From contig JBFKNN010000002.1 in the NCBI GenBank assembly GCA_041629335.1, positions 1 through 59,325 on the forward strand: a stretch of 59,325 nucleotides of DNA, given 5' to 3'. Below, one piece after another: positions 10,604 to 20,664 of this stretch. Numbering within the stretch: the first letter of the stretch is position 1; every line of letters starts with the position of its first letter. The position numbers and the translations under genes were made by a program. Source of the DNA: Burkholderiales bacterium (GTDB lineage Bacteria > Pseudomonadota > Gammaproteobacteria > Burkholderiales > SG8-41). The notes beneath the pieces were generated by a model. That model was not told the origin of the DNA. It saw nothing but the letters and a program-made list of their open reading frames with translations, and searched no databases.

Positions 10604-11356
10604 TCAGCGACGGTCTTTCTTGCCGTCGAAGTAGCCCGGGAACTCGTGCGCGTAACACGCCGGCGATGCGTATTCGCGGCGGGCAGCGAGGCGTGCCGCC
10701 CGCGGCAAACCGCGCTCGGCCATGAGCTGTCGAGCCCGTTCCTCCGCCTGCCCCGCATCCAGCGGCACCAGACCGCCGGAGTCTCTCCGGTAAATCGCCG
10801 CCTCGGTCACGACGAAGTCCATCGGCACGTCGTGCGGCTGCGGATATATGGTCTCGACCCGCAGCATCTCGAAGCTCACGCCGATGGCGAGCGGGAGCGG
10901 CCGCAGCAGCGCCAGCGTGCGATCGAAGTAGCCGCCGCCGTAACCGATGCGGTAGCCGTGCTCGTCGAACGCGTTCATGGGAGCGAGCACCGCGTCGGGG
11001 ACTAAGATTTCGGTGGCATCGGGCACGGGAATGCCATAGACACCGGCGCGCATTGGCGCCCCAGGCCACCATTTGCGGAAGATGAGCGGCTGCGCCTTGC
11101 CGGGGACTTCGGGAAGCGCCGTGATCGCTCCCTGCTCGCGCCAGCGGCGCGCCACGAAACGCCCGTCGAACTCGCCCCGGTACGGCCAGCACAGGCCCAC
11201 CACGGCATGCGACAGCATGGAGAACCCCTGCTCGAGCCGGGCCGTTATCTGCTCATTTAATTGCGCGCGCTCGACTTCGCTCAGCGCCTCGCGCCGTGCA
11301 ATCAGCGCCTCGCGCTGCCTGACGCGCCATGCCTTGATCTCGTCCCAATTCTTCAT
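10604..11356 (-). CDS. 5-formyltetrahydrofolate cyclo-ligase family protein
   Basis: MKNWDEIKAWRVRQREALIARREAL..., later AFDEHGYRIGYGGGYFDR. Start taken at ATG 11356; the track ORF begins 5 codons upstream at GTG. Confidence 0.8.
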   Translation of the reverse strand: MKNWDEIKAWRVRQREALIARREALSEVERAQLNEQITARLEQGFSMLSHAVVGLCWPYRGEFDGRFVARRWREQGAITALPEVPGKAQPLIFRKWWPGAPMRAGVYGIPVPDATEILVPDAVLAPMNAFDEHGYRIGYGGGYFDRTLALLRPLPLAIGVSFEMLRVETIYPQPHDVPMDFVVTEAAIYRRDSGGLVPLDAGQAEERARQLMAERGLPRAARLAARREYASPACYAHEFPGYFDGKKDRR

Positions 11357-11448
11357 CTTAACCCTTGGCACCCGGCTCAGAGGTTTCTATACTGGTCAAT
11401 GATGCACCAGTGTCGGGAAAAACCGCAATCCTGACAGGGTGTTGGATT

Positions 11449-12468
11449 ATGCGCGGGATCGGACTCCTCATCGCGGCCACGTTCGCGCTCGCCAGCGCGT
11501 GCGCTGCCGCCCAAACGCTCAACCCCAGCCCGAATGCGATCGAGATTCCGGGCTGGTTCCAGTTGAGCTTTCTCGATTTCCGCGAAGATATCCGCGACGC
11601 CGCGAGAGCGAACAAGCGGCTCATGGTGTACTTCGGCCAGGACGGTTGCCCTTATTGCCGCCGGCTGATGGCCGTCAACTTCACGCAGAAGGACATCGTC
11701 GACAAGACGCGCCGGCATTTCGACGCCCTTGCGATAAACATCTGGGGCGACCGCGAGGTGACCTGGATCGATGGCAAGGTGCGCAGCGAAAAGGCGTTCG
11801 CCGCGTTCATGAACGTCCAGTTCACGCCGACCATGCTGTTTCTCGACGAGAAAGGCGGGGTCGCGCTGCGCCTCAACGGGTATTACCCGCCGCACAAGTT
11901 CCGCGCGGCGCTCGACTACGTCGCCGGCGGGAACGACGGCAAGATCGCCTTTGCCGATTACCTCAAGCGCAACGTCAGGGAATCCGACAGCGGCAGGCTG
12001 CACCAGCAGGCCTTCTTCCTGACACCACCGTACAGACTCGACCGCACTCGCCGCCACGGCGGGAAGCCGCTTGCAGTCCTGTTCGAGCAGCGGCACTGCG
12101 CCGCGTGCGACGAGATGCATGCGTCCGCGTTCAAGGATCCGGCGCTGCTCGCGTTGATTGAACAGTTCGACGTCGTGCGCCTCGACCTGCACGGCACGCA
12201 GCCGGTCGTGACGCCCGGCGGCCGGTCGTTTGCCGAGGCCGGGTGGGCGGACGCACTGCAAATCGCGTATACGCCTTCGGTCGTCTTCTTCGACACCGGG
12301 GGCAAAGAAGTCTTCCGTATCGAGGCGTACCTGCGGCCGTTCCACTTCGCCTCCAGCTTCGATTACGTAGCAAGCGGCGCATACCGCGAGCAGCCCAGCT
12401 TTCAGCGCTACATCCAGGCGCGCGCCGAGAGAATCCAGGAACGGGGCGGAACCGTCGAATTGTGGTAG
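11449..12468 (+). CDS. Secreted protein with two thioredoxin-fold domains
   Basis: Signal peptide MRGIGLLIAATFALASACAAAQT. Two Trx-like CxxC motifs: GCPYCRRL and HCAACDEM. Start at the internal ATG 11449. Confidence 0.7.
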   Translation: MRGIGLLIAATFALASACAAAQTLNPSPNAIEIPGWFQLSFLDFREDIRDAARANKRLMVYFGQDGCPYCRRLMAVNFTQKDIVDKTRRHFDALAINIWGDREVTWIDGKVRSEKAFAAFMNVQFTPTMLFLDEKGGVALRLNGYYPPHKFRAALDYVAGGNDGKIAFADYLKRNVRESDSGRLHQQAFFLTPPYRLDRTRRHGGKPLAVLFEQRHCAACDEMHASAFKDPALLALIEQFDVVRLDLHGTQPVVTPGGRSFAEAGWADALQIAYTPSVVFFDTGGKEVFRIEAYLRPFHFASSFDYVASGAYREQPSFQRYIQARAERIQERGGTVELW

Positions 12469-12495
12469 TTCGTAGTCCGCCGCGCGGGCCCGCCG

Positions 12496-13569
12496 CTACA
12501 GACCGTCCAAGATGCGCCGCACCGGAACCGGCACTGCGGCGCGCCGGGCGTCTTCCGGCGTGAGCCAGATGCAGCCGGGTTCCGCGGCGCGCGGGGCGAG
12601 ACGGGTGACACGCAGCGGTTGCGGCAGAATGCTCAGCCGGAAATGCGTAAAGCCGTGCTCCAGCAGGGGCAAGGGCGCGAGCGCGCTCACCTGCGCCCCG
12701 AAGCGGCGGGTGCACAGGGCCGCGATGTCCTCCCCCGCCGCCACCTCCGGGAAACACCACAGCCCGCCCCAGATGCCCGCGGCGGGCCGCTTCTCGAGCA
12801 GGATCTCCCCCGCTCGTCGCAGCACCAGCATCACGGTCTTACGGTGCGGTAGCGCCTTTCTCGGCCTGCGCGCAGGCAACTCGGCGGTGAGCCCGCGGCG
12901 GCGGGCGACACAGCTCGCGCTCACCGGACACATTGCGCAGCGCGGCCGCGCCCGGGTGCACACGCCGGCGCCAAGATCCATCAGGCCTTGCGTATAGGCC
13001 GCGATCGCCCGCACCGGGAGCAGCCGTGCGGCCTTGCGCCAGAGCGCGTCGGCCACGCGTTTGTCTCCGGGATATCCGGCAATGCCGAAGTGCCGTGCCA
13101 GCACACGCTTCACATTGCCGTCGAGTATCGCGTGCCGCTGCCGGAACGCGAAGACGCAGATTGCCGCGGCAGTCGAGCGGCCGATGCCAGGCAGCGCCAG
13201 CACGGCCTCGACATCCCGCGGGAAACGGCCCCCATAATCGTTCACGATCGCCTGCGCGGCGCGGTGGAGGTTGCGCGCGCGCGAGTAGTAGCCGAGCCCG
13301 CTCCAGTGAGTCAGGACCTCGTCGAGGGCGGCAGCGGCGAGCGTCCTCACGTCCGGAAAGCGCGCCATGAAGCGCCGATAGTACGGGATCACCGTCGCGA
13401 CCTGCGTCTGCTGCAGCATGATCTCGGACACCCAGACCGCATACGGCTCGCGCGTCGCCTGCCACGGCAGATCGTGCCGACCCTCGCGCTGCTGCCAGGC
13501 GACAAGCCGCGCCGCGAAACCGCGCGACCGCGTCTTTGTTTTCGCTGATTTACCTGCCCGCCCGCTCAC
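12496..13569 (-). CDS. mutY: A/G-specific adenine DNA glycosylase
   Basis: HhH LPGIGRSTAAAI, Fe-S cluster loop CTRARPRCAMCPVSASC, C-terminal NUDIX-like domain. Confidence 0.92.
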   Translation of the reverse strand: MSGRAGKSAKTKTRSRGFAARLVAWQQREGRHDLPWQATREPYAVWVSEIMLQQTQVATVIPYYRRFMARFPDVRTLAAAALDEVLTHWSGLGYYSRARNLHRAAQAIVNDYGGRFPRDVEAVLALPGIGRSTAAAICVFAFRQRHAILDGNVKRVLARHFGIAGYPGDKRVADALWRKAARLLPVRAIAAYTQGLMDLGAGVCTRARPRCAMCPVSASCVARRRGLTAELPARRPRKALPHRKTVMLVLRRAGEILLEKRPAAGIWGGLWCFPEVAAGEDIAALCTRRFGAQVSALAPLPLLEHGFTHFRLSILPQPLRVTRLAPRAAEPGCIWLTPEDARRAAVPVPVRRILDGL

Positions 13570-13579
13570 CCGCGCGATT

Positions 13580-15864
13580 CTAACGCCTGAGCAGGCCTTT
13601 CAGGAGGTCGACGGCCCCACCCGCCGGATCAGGCTTGGTCCCGTCTTTGGGGGCGTCCTGCGCTGCGCCGCCGAGCCGTTCTTCGATCCTGCTCCGCACG
13701 GTCTGCTCGACCCTCTGTTTGACGGAATCCGTGACGACCGCGGTGAAATCGAGCCGGTACGCCGGCGCAGCGAGCGGGCCGCTCACCTTCACCGGCACCG
13801 TCAGTCCCGCCAGATCGTCGGCGCTGCGTCCGCCCTGCCCCTTGGTCGTTCCCACGATGGTGGCCTTCACCAGGTAGTCGAGCTTGTCTTCGCCGAGGTT
13901 GATGTCGCCGGCGCCGCCCACGCGCAGCAACGGCGACATCATCGTCAGATCGTCGTTTCGGGCAACGCCGTCCCGGATGTTGAAAGTCGCCTTGAGCTCG
14001 GAGAAGTCGGTCTTCTGCGCCTTGTCCGACTCCTGCACCTGCTCTCCCTGCAACGTGCCGAGCTTCGCCTTCGCGCCGCGGATCGACTGCGCCACGTTGA
14101 TCCCTTTGATCGCGCCGTCGGCAAGATTCACCACCGCCGTGCCGTTGAGCGACTTTTTGATCGCGGACACCGTGTTTCCCCGGGCGGTAACATCCAGCGC
14201 GACCGTGCCCTTGCCCTCGAGCGAGTCGTTGTCGGCGAGGTCCTTGAGCAACGGGCCGACGCTCACTCCGGCGAGCTTCTGCCGGATGCCGAACACCGGG
14301 CTCGCCTGCGCATTGACGGCGAGCGCGCCCGCGAGCGACCCCTGGTACAAATTGGCGGACATCGGGCTCACGTCGAGCTTGCCGTTCGCCGCCCTGATGT
14401 CGAGCCGCACGTTGGACGCCTTCACGTTCGACATTTTGAGCGAGCCGATTCTCACGCTGCCGTTGGCGTTGAGGCCCTTTAACGCAGCAAGGTCGATCGG
14501 CTGCTCGGGCTGTTTCGCCTTGGTATCCGCTTTCGGCAGATAGCGATCGGCGTCGAGCTGGTCGACATCGAGGTCAAAGGTATAGGACGGCGGGTCGAAC
14601 CGGGCGAGGCCCGCCCTGCCCTTGATGGTGCTCTCGTCGATTTTCGTGGCGAAGGTGGTGCTCGCGGTCTGCTTGGCCCAATCGACATCGACCGCGCCGT
14701 TCAAGCTCGCTTGCAGCGGCTTCTTCGGCAGCTGCGGGTGATTGACCGTGAAGTTCGCCGCGAGCTTGGAGAGCTCGAAGCGCTGCTTGTCGAGGCTTCC
14801 GGCCGCGGGGCTGGAAAGCTTGGCTTTGACCGCGGTCCCGTCCTGCTGCAGATCGACATCGGCCGTCAGCGCCGCCGCCTTGAACGCCGCGGCATTGCCC
14901 GTTAATGCGGAGAGCTCGACTTTGGCGACGAGCTTGCGGCTTTTCTCGTTCAACGTGGCCTCGAGCGCGACTTTCTCCCCGCTCACCGTCTCCTTGCTGA
15001 CGTTGAGCCGCGGGATCTCGAACTTGACGCTCAAGTCGCTTGCCGCCGGCTTGCCGGTAAGTGTCACGGTAAGCTTGGAGGCGGAAAGCTCCTGCGCCGC
15101 AGGCCGCAGCGCAACGTCGCCCTTGGCATTGAGCGCGAGGTTGGTCATCCCCGCGACCGCTCCTGTTGCCGCAACATCCAGCCCCTCGAGCGCGTAGCGC
15201 TGTTTCTCCAGGTCAATCAGCGCACGCGCCTTCGCCTTGGCCTCCACGTTGAGCTTCGGCTTGTCCGCCTGCAGCGCGACCGCGACATCGAGACTGGTCG
15301 GCACGCCGCTCGCAATGCGGCCGGTCTTGAGATTGAGCTTCGACAGCTCGTAGCGGGCGCCTGCTGCCTGGTCGGTAAACGTAAACGCCGAATCCTCGAT
15401 CAGCACGTGGTCGATGTCGATCTTGAGCGGCACCCCGGGCGCACCGCTTCTCGCCGCGGGCTTGGCATCCGCGCCAGCGAGATCGTCGAAATTGGTCTTG
15501 CCGTCCTTGAAGCGCACCAGATTGGCGCGCAGGCCCTTCACCTCGATCGCGTCGACCACTACCTGCCGCGACAGCAGGGGCACGAGCTTCACTACCACCT
15601 TGAGGTCCGTCACTGCCGCAAACTGCGCCTTGGCGTCGCGCTCGGATAATGCCGCCTTGCCGAGCCGCATACCGATGCTGGGAAAGAGCGCCAGCTTGAT
15701 ATCGCCTTCCAGCTTGAGATCGCGCTGGGTGTGCTCCTTCACCGCTCTCACGATTTGCGGCTTGTACTCGTTGGGATCGAAGGTCGCGGCGATATAGGCC
15801 AGGACGCCGCCGATCAGCAGAACCAGAATGCCCAGCGTGATGAGTGCGTACTTGAGTATTTTCA
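13580..15864 (-). CDS. AsmA family outer-membrane biogenesis protein
   Basis: MKILKYALITLGILVLLIGGVLAYIAATFDPNEYKPQI..., a long beta-rich body, AsmA-like C-terminus. Start is the internal ATG 15864 of ORF 13580..15997. Confidence 0.85.
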
Positions 15865-15886
15865 TGGCAGGGGTCGGTGACAAGGG

Positions 15887-15912
15887 GTGGAGCGGGTGGA
15901 GGGAATGTGGCC
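15887..15912. repeat. Copy of the tRNA-Gly 3' end (TGGAGCGGGTGGAGGGAAT, 18/19 identical to 16096..16114) followed by GTGGCCG
   Basis: Direct comparison with the tRNA sequence in the same orientation. Confidence 0.8.
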
Positions 15913-16095
15913 GACTCGCATTGCCTCTGCGATCCGTCCATCCGTCGCCGCAACGCGGCTCCGGACCGCCGGAACAAAATGCCGTTCCGGCGTCCAATCA
16001 AACGTCCACAGGACCTTTGATTGTCGAACCCGCTGTGGGTTCGATTGCACCCCCGTCGCAATCCGAAACAGGCCTCGCTGAAGCCGGTTTCGGAT

Positions 16096-16169
16096 TGGAG
16101 CGGGTGAAGGGAATCGAACCCTCGTATGCAGCTTGGGAAGCTGCCGTTCTACCATTGAACTACACCCGC
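16096..16169 (-). tRNA. tRNA-Gly (anticodon CCC), 74 nt with encoded CCA
   Basis: The minus strand reads GCGGGTG-TA-GTTC-AATGGTA-GAAC-G-GCAGC-TTCCCAA-GCTGC-ATAC-GAGGG-TTCGATT-CCCTT-CACCCGC-T-CCA. Cloverleaf folded by hand. It is close to my recollection of E. coli glyU. Confidence 0.9.
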
Positions 16170-16224
16170 GCGAGGTTCAATTCTACCTTTTTTCACACGA
16201 ACACGAGATCGCGGGCCCGACAGG

Positions 16225-16246
16225 GCGGGTGAAGGGAATGTGGCCG
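16225..16246. repeat. Second partial copy of the tRNA-Gly 3' end (GCGGGTGAAGGGAAT, 15/15) followed by the same GTGGCCG
   Basis: Direct comparison. It also shares a downstream GGCYCCGGACCGCCG block with the 15887 copy. Confidence 0.8.
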
Positions 16247-16464
16247 CCGCCGCTACACGGCCCCGGACCGCCGAAATCGCCCGACTGACCGAATTAGTCC
16301 TCGTGCACGTAAGGCCGATGAGGCGGCACTGCGGCCGCGCCTTTTCAAGGCGCCGGGGCCTTGTTAGACTGCCCTTCATAATCAGAACAAGCCGGTCCCG
16401 CAACGGTCCCGGCGTCGAAGTCGGACGGTTTAACTGAACAGCGTCACACTTGGGAGAAATCACC

Positions 16465-17730
16465 ATGCTCGCGCAAACCACCACCGCTTCCTACGGCGGC
16501 ACCGCGTCCTGGCTCGTTGCAGGCGCATTTCTTCTGACCACATTCACCGCACACGCGCAGCAGCAGCCCGCGGCCGCGCCCAAGCCGCCGCCAGCCTGGC
16601 ATCAGGGCAAGCCGCCGGCGATGGAAGGCTCCAAGCTCGCGCCGCACGCGGGCAAAATGACGGAGACCGCGGCCAGCGAGATCCCGATCGACAAGCTCAA
16701 GGTCCCGGCCGGCTTCAAGGTCGAGATCTGGGCCACGGGGATTCCCGGCGGGCGCGCGATGGCGCGCGGCGACAAAGGCAAGATCTACGTTGGCACGCGC
16801 GCCATCGGCCGCGTGTACGAGGTCACCGACAAGGGCAATGCGCGCGAGGCGCGAGTCGTTGTCGACAAGCTCGTGCAGCCCGCGGGCGTCGCATTCCACG
16901 GCGGCTCGCTCTACGTCATGGCGATCAACAAGGTGCTGCGCTTCGACGGCATCGAGGACAACCCCGCCGCGCAGCCGGTCGACCTGACAGACAAGTTCAA
17001 CCTGCCGCCGCTGCAGCACCACAACTGGAAGTACATCACTTTCGGCCCCGACAAGAAGCTCTACGTGCCGTTCGGCGCGCCGTGCAATATCTGCGAGCCG
17101 ACCGAGGAGTACGCGCAGATCCGCCGCTACAACGCGGACGGCTCGGGCATGGAGGTGATTGCGCGCGGCATACGCAACTCGCTCGGCTTCGACTGGCATC
17201 CCAAGACCGGCGAGTTCTGGTTCGTCGACCAGGGCCGCGACTGGATGGGCGACCAAGGCCCGCAGGAGGAGCTGAACCGCCTGACCAAGCCGGGCAAAGA
17301 GTTCTTCGGCTACCCGTACTGCCATGCGGAAGGCATTGCCGACGTCGACATCAAGAAGCCGGACCCGTGCAAGGGCGTGACCAAGCCGGTCGCGCTCCTG
17401 GGACCGCACGCCTCCGCATTGGGCACCAAGTTCTACACCGGCGGCATGTTCCCCGCGGATTACAAGGACACGCTGTTCATCGCCCGCAAGGGCTCGTGGA
17501 ACCGCACGCAGAAGTTCGGCTACGACGTGGTCAACGTCAGGATTGCTGCCGACGGCAAGAGCGCCAAGGTGACGCCGTTCCTGACCGGGTTCCTCGACGA
17601 GAAGGAGAATGCCTTCTGGGGCCGTCCGGCCTACATCCTGCAGATGCCGGATGGCGCGCTGCTCGTTTCCGACGAGCAGCTCGGGGCGATCTACCGCGTG
17701 AGCTTCGCCGGCCCGATGAAGAAGAAGTAG
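16465..17730 (+). CDS. PQQ-dependent sugar (glucose/sorbosone) dehydrogenase family protein, secreted
   Basis: Signal peptide, then beta-propeller-type repeats: GVAFHGGSLYV, RNSLGFDWHPKTGEFWFVDQGRDWMGD, GYPYCH. ATG 16465 is preceded by GGGAGA. Confidence 0.85.
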   Translation: MLAQTTTASYGGTASWLVAGAFLLTTFTAHAQQQPAAAPKPPPAWHQGKPPAMEGSKLAPHAGKMTETAASEIPIDKLKVPAGFKVEIWATGIPGGRAMARGDKGKIYVGTRAIGRVYEVTDKGNAREARVVVDKLVQPAGVAFHGGSLYVMAINKVLRFDGIEDNPAAQPVDLTDKFNLPPLQHHNWKYITFGPDKKLYVPFGAPCNICEPTEEYAQIRRYNADGSGMEVIARGIRNSLGFDWHPKTGEFWFVDQGRDWMGDQGPQEELNRLTKPGKEFFGYPYCHAEGIADVDIKKPDPCKGVTKPVALLGPHASALGTKFYTGGMFPADYKDTLFIARKGSWNRTQKFGYDVVNVRIAADGKSAKVTPFLTGFLDEKENAFWGRPAYILQMPDGALLVSDEQLGAIYRVSFAGPMKKK

Positions 17731-17735
17731 CCGCC

Positions 17736-18335
17736 TTGACGCATGCCGCAGGGCGGCGGGCCTTGCTCGCCGCCCTTCTTGTTTTCTCCGCCCCCGCTCT
17801 TGCGCAGCCGCCAGCGCCGCTCGCGGAGCGGCTCAAGGGCTGCGCAGCCTGCCACGGCGAGGACGGGAACTCGCAAACGTCCGGTGTTCCGTCGATCGCC
17901 GGGCAGCCGAAGTTGTTTCTCGAGACTCAGCTCGTGCTCACACGTGAGGGACTGCGCGGCGGCGCGGTCATGCAGAACGTCGTGCGCGGCATGACCGACA
18001 AGGAAATCACCGCCATCGCGACCCACTTCACCGCGCTGCCGGCTCGGCCGACTCCGGGCAAGACCGACGCGGCGCTCGTCGAGCGCGGGTGGCAGCTCGC
18101 GGTGAAGCACCGCTGCGGCATCTGCCATCTGAAGGATTATCGCGGGCAGCAGCAGATCCCCCGCCTCGCCGGGCAGCGCGAGGAGTACCTGGTCTCCATC
18201 ATGATCGCGTTCCGCGATAGTCCGCCGCCCAGCATCGACACACAGATGAGCGCCGCGCTCTACGGCGTTTCCGACGCGGAGATCGCAGCGATGGCGCATT
18301 TCCTCTCGCGCTTCCGCCCGAAGACGAAAGAGTGA
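17736..18335 (+). CDS. Dihaem c-type cytochrome (cytochrome c4-like)
   Basis: Signal peptide ...RRALLAALLVFSAPALAQ and two haem sites, CAACHG and CGICH. There is no ATG, so TTG 17736 is proposed and the start is uncertain. It is the tail of track ORF 17082..18335. Confidence 0.78.
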   Translation: MTHAAGRRALLAALLVFSAPALAQPPAPLAERLKGCAACHGEDGNSQTSGVPSIAGQPKLFLETQLVLTREGLRGGAVMQNVVRGMTDKEITAIATHFTALPARPTPGKTDAALVERGWQLAVKHRCGICHLKDYRGQQQIPRLAGQREEYLVSIMIAFRDSPPPSIDTQMSAALYGVSDAEIAAMAHFLSRFRPKTKE

Positions 18336-18378
18336 GCACCGGAAGCGAACAGCCGAAGAGGGTGTACTGACTGTCGAC

Positions 18379-20466
18379 ATGGCACGGAAACACCTAATCG
18401 CCTGCGTTTACGCCTCGCTTGTTATTGCGCCGACGGTGCTCGCCCAGAGCACACCACCGGTCAGGCTGCCCGAGGTAACCGTCAGCGCCACCCGCGTCGA
18501 GCGGGAAAGCTTCGACTTGCCGGTATCGATCGACACCGTCGATCAACGCACGATCCGTGAAGCGAATCCGCAGGTCGATCTCTCCGAGGCGTTGAACCGC
18601 GTTCCCGGCGTCGTCGTCCAGAATCGCCAGAACTACGCGCAGGATCTGCAGATCTCCTCGCGCGGATTCGGCGCGCGCGCAAGCTTCGGCGTGCGCGGCC
18701 TGCGGCTGATTGCCGACGGCATTCCGGCGACGATGCCCGACGGCCAGGGCCAGGCCGCGTCGTTCAATCTGTCCTCCGCGCAACGCATCGAGGTGCTGCG
18801 CGGCCCGTTCGCCAGCCTCTACGGCAATGCGGCGGGCGGCGTGATTCAGGTTTTCACCGCCGACGGCCCCGCCGAGCCGACGCTCAGCGGCCAGCTGAGC
18901 GCGGGCAGCTACGGCACCAGCAAGGCGGATGTGCAACTGGGCGGCACCAGCGGGCGCGTCAACTACCTCGTCGATGCGTCGCGCTTCGAGACCGACGGTT
19001 ATCGCGACCACAGCGCGGCGCGGCGCGACCATCTGAACAGCAAGTTCAAGATCGGCACCGGCGGCGGCGGGACGCTGACCGTCGTTCTCAACGCGCTCGA
19101 CCAACCGGAAACGCAAGACCCGCTCGGGCTCACCGCCGCGCAGGTCGCGCGCAATCCGCGCCAGACAGACCCCGTCGCATTGAGGTTCAACACGCGCAAG
19201 AGCGTGAGCCAGGCACAGCTCGGCGTCACCTACGAGCTCGCCTTGTCGCCGCGCGACACGTTCAACGCACGCGCCTATGCCGGCGACCGCCAAGTCACCC
19301 AGTTTCTTGCCTTCACCGGCTCCGCAGGACTGAGCTCCGGCGGCGTGGTCGATCTCGACCGCGGCTTCGGCGGCGCCGGCCTGCGCGTCACGCGCAGCAC
19401 GAGCCTCGGCAGCGGGCCGGCGAGCGTGAGTGTCGGGGTCGACTACGACCGCATGGCGGAGCGCCGCCGGGGCTTCGTCAACAACTTCGGCGTCGCCGGC
19501 GCGCTGCGGCGAGACGAAGACAACGTCGTCACCAGCACCGATTTCTACGCGCAGGCCGAGTGGCAGATTGCACCGCGCTGGTCGGTGCTGGGCGGCCTGC
19601 GCCACAGCCGCGTCGAATTCGAGTCCCGGGACTTCTTCGTCGTTGGCGCCAATCCCGACGACAGCGGCGCGCTCGACTTTGTCCGCACCACGCCGGCATT
19701 CGGCGTCGTGTTCAGGCTTAGTCCGGCGGTCAACGTCTACGCCAACTACGGCAAGGGATTCGAGACACCCACGTTCTCGGAGCTCGCGTACCGGCCGGGC
19801 GGCGCGACCGGGCTCAACTTCGCGCTGCGCCCGTCGAACAGCAGGCATCGCGAGCTGGGTCTCAAGGCTCTGATCGGCGCAGCGGGCAGGGTCAACGTCG
19901 CCGTATTTCGCATCGACGTCGCCGAGGAGATCGTCGTCAACAGCTCGACCGGCGGCCGCACGGATTTCAAGAACGCGGCGAGCACGCGGCGCGAAGGCGT
20001 GGAAGTCGCGTGGGAGAACCGCTTCGCGCGCGGCTTCGAAGCCGTCCTCGCCTACACCCTGCTCGACGCGCGTTTTGATCAGCCGTTCACCAGCGGCTCG
20101 CCGGCCGCCACCGTGCCCGCAGGCAACCGCCTGCCGGGCGTGCCGCCGTCGACCCTGTACGGCGAGCTTGCCTGGCGCCACGCAGCGAGCGGATTCCACG
20201 CAGGCGTCGAGGCCCGGCGCAACGGCAAGGTCTACGTTAACGACGCCAACAGCGAGTGGGCGGCAGGCTACACCGTCTGGAATCTCCGGGCCGGCTTCGA
20301 GCAGCGTGGAAATGGATGGACCGTGAGCGAGTTCATTCGCATCGACAATGTCGCCGACCGCCGTTACATCGGATCGGTCATCGTCGCCGATGGCAACGGG
20401 CGCTTCTACGAGCCCGCGCCGGAACGCAAGATTCTCCTCGGCATTCAGGGCGCGTTCCGGTTCTAG
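18379..20466 (+). CDS. TonB-dependent outer-membrane receptor
   Basis: Signal peptide, plug-domain motifs DTVDQRTIRE and IEVLRGPFASLYGNAAGGVIQVFT, a beta-barrel body and a terminal aromatic residue (..GAFRF). Confidence 0.9.
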   Translation: MARKHLIACVYASLVIAPTVLAQSTPPVRLPEVTVSATRVERESFDLPVSIDTVDQRTIREANPQVDLSEALNRVPGVVVQNRQNYAQDLQISSRGFGARASFGVRGLRLIADGIPATMPDGQGQAASFNLSSAQRIEVLRGPFASLYGNAAGGVIQVFTADGPAEPTLSGQLSAGSYGTSKADVQLGGTSGRVNYLVDASRFETDGYRDHSAARRDHLNSKFKIGTGGGGTLTVVLNALDQPETQDPLGLTAAQVARNPRQTDPVALRFNTRKSVSQAQLGVTYELALSPRDTFNARAYAGDRQVTQFLAFTGSAGLSSGGVVDLDRGFGGAGLRVTRSTSLGSGPASVSVGVDYDRMAERRRGFVNNFGVAGALRRDEDNVVTSTDFYAQAEWQIAPRWSVLGGLRHSRVEFESRDFFVVGANPDDSGALDFVRTTPAFGVVFRLSPAVNVYANYGKGFETPTFSELAYRPGGATGLNFALRPSNSRHRELGLKALIGAAGRVNVAVFRIDVAEEIVVNSSTGGRTDFKNAASTRREGVEVAWENRFARGFEAVLAYTLLDARFDQPFTSGSPAATVPAGNRLPGVPPSTLYGELAWRHAASGFHAGVEARRNGKVYVNDANSEWAAGYTVWNLRAGFEQRGNGWTVSEFIRIDNVADRRYIGSVIVADGNGRFYEPAPERKILLGIQGAFRF

Positions 20467-20664
20467 CAGCCGCACGAACGCCGCGTTTCGCGATCCGAAA
20501 CGCACGCTGATTGGCATGAACCAACCCCCACTGCTGTTGGTCCCATAACCAGACCGGCACAGCCGGCTGCACGGCGCGCGGGCAATCCCCTTCTCAGCGC
20601 GCCAATTCCTGAATATCTACGCGCGGGCAGGTTGACCGCGCGATTTTCCAATGGGAGCAAATCG

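Noticed and set aside
15865-16464. Cobalamin-riboswitch-like GGTGAAGGGAAT strings near the tRNA and upstream of the dehydrogenase/TonB-receptor cluster
   Set aside because: The B12 box and the GGTG-AA-TCC core are absent. The strings are better explained as 15-19 nt copies of the tRNA-Gly 3' end, to which they are nearly identical.
18394-20517. 707-aa minus-strand ORF
   Set aside because: It is antisense to a clear TonB-dependent receptor with plug motifs and a terminal Phe. Its composition is Arg/Ala/Gly-rich with no recognisable motif.
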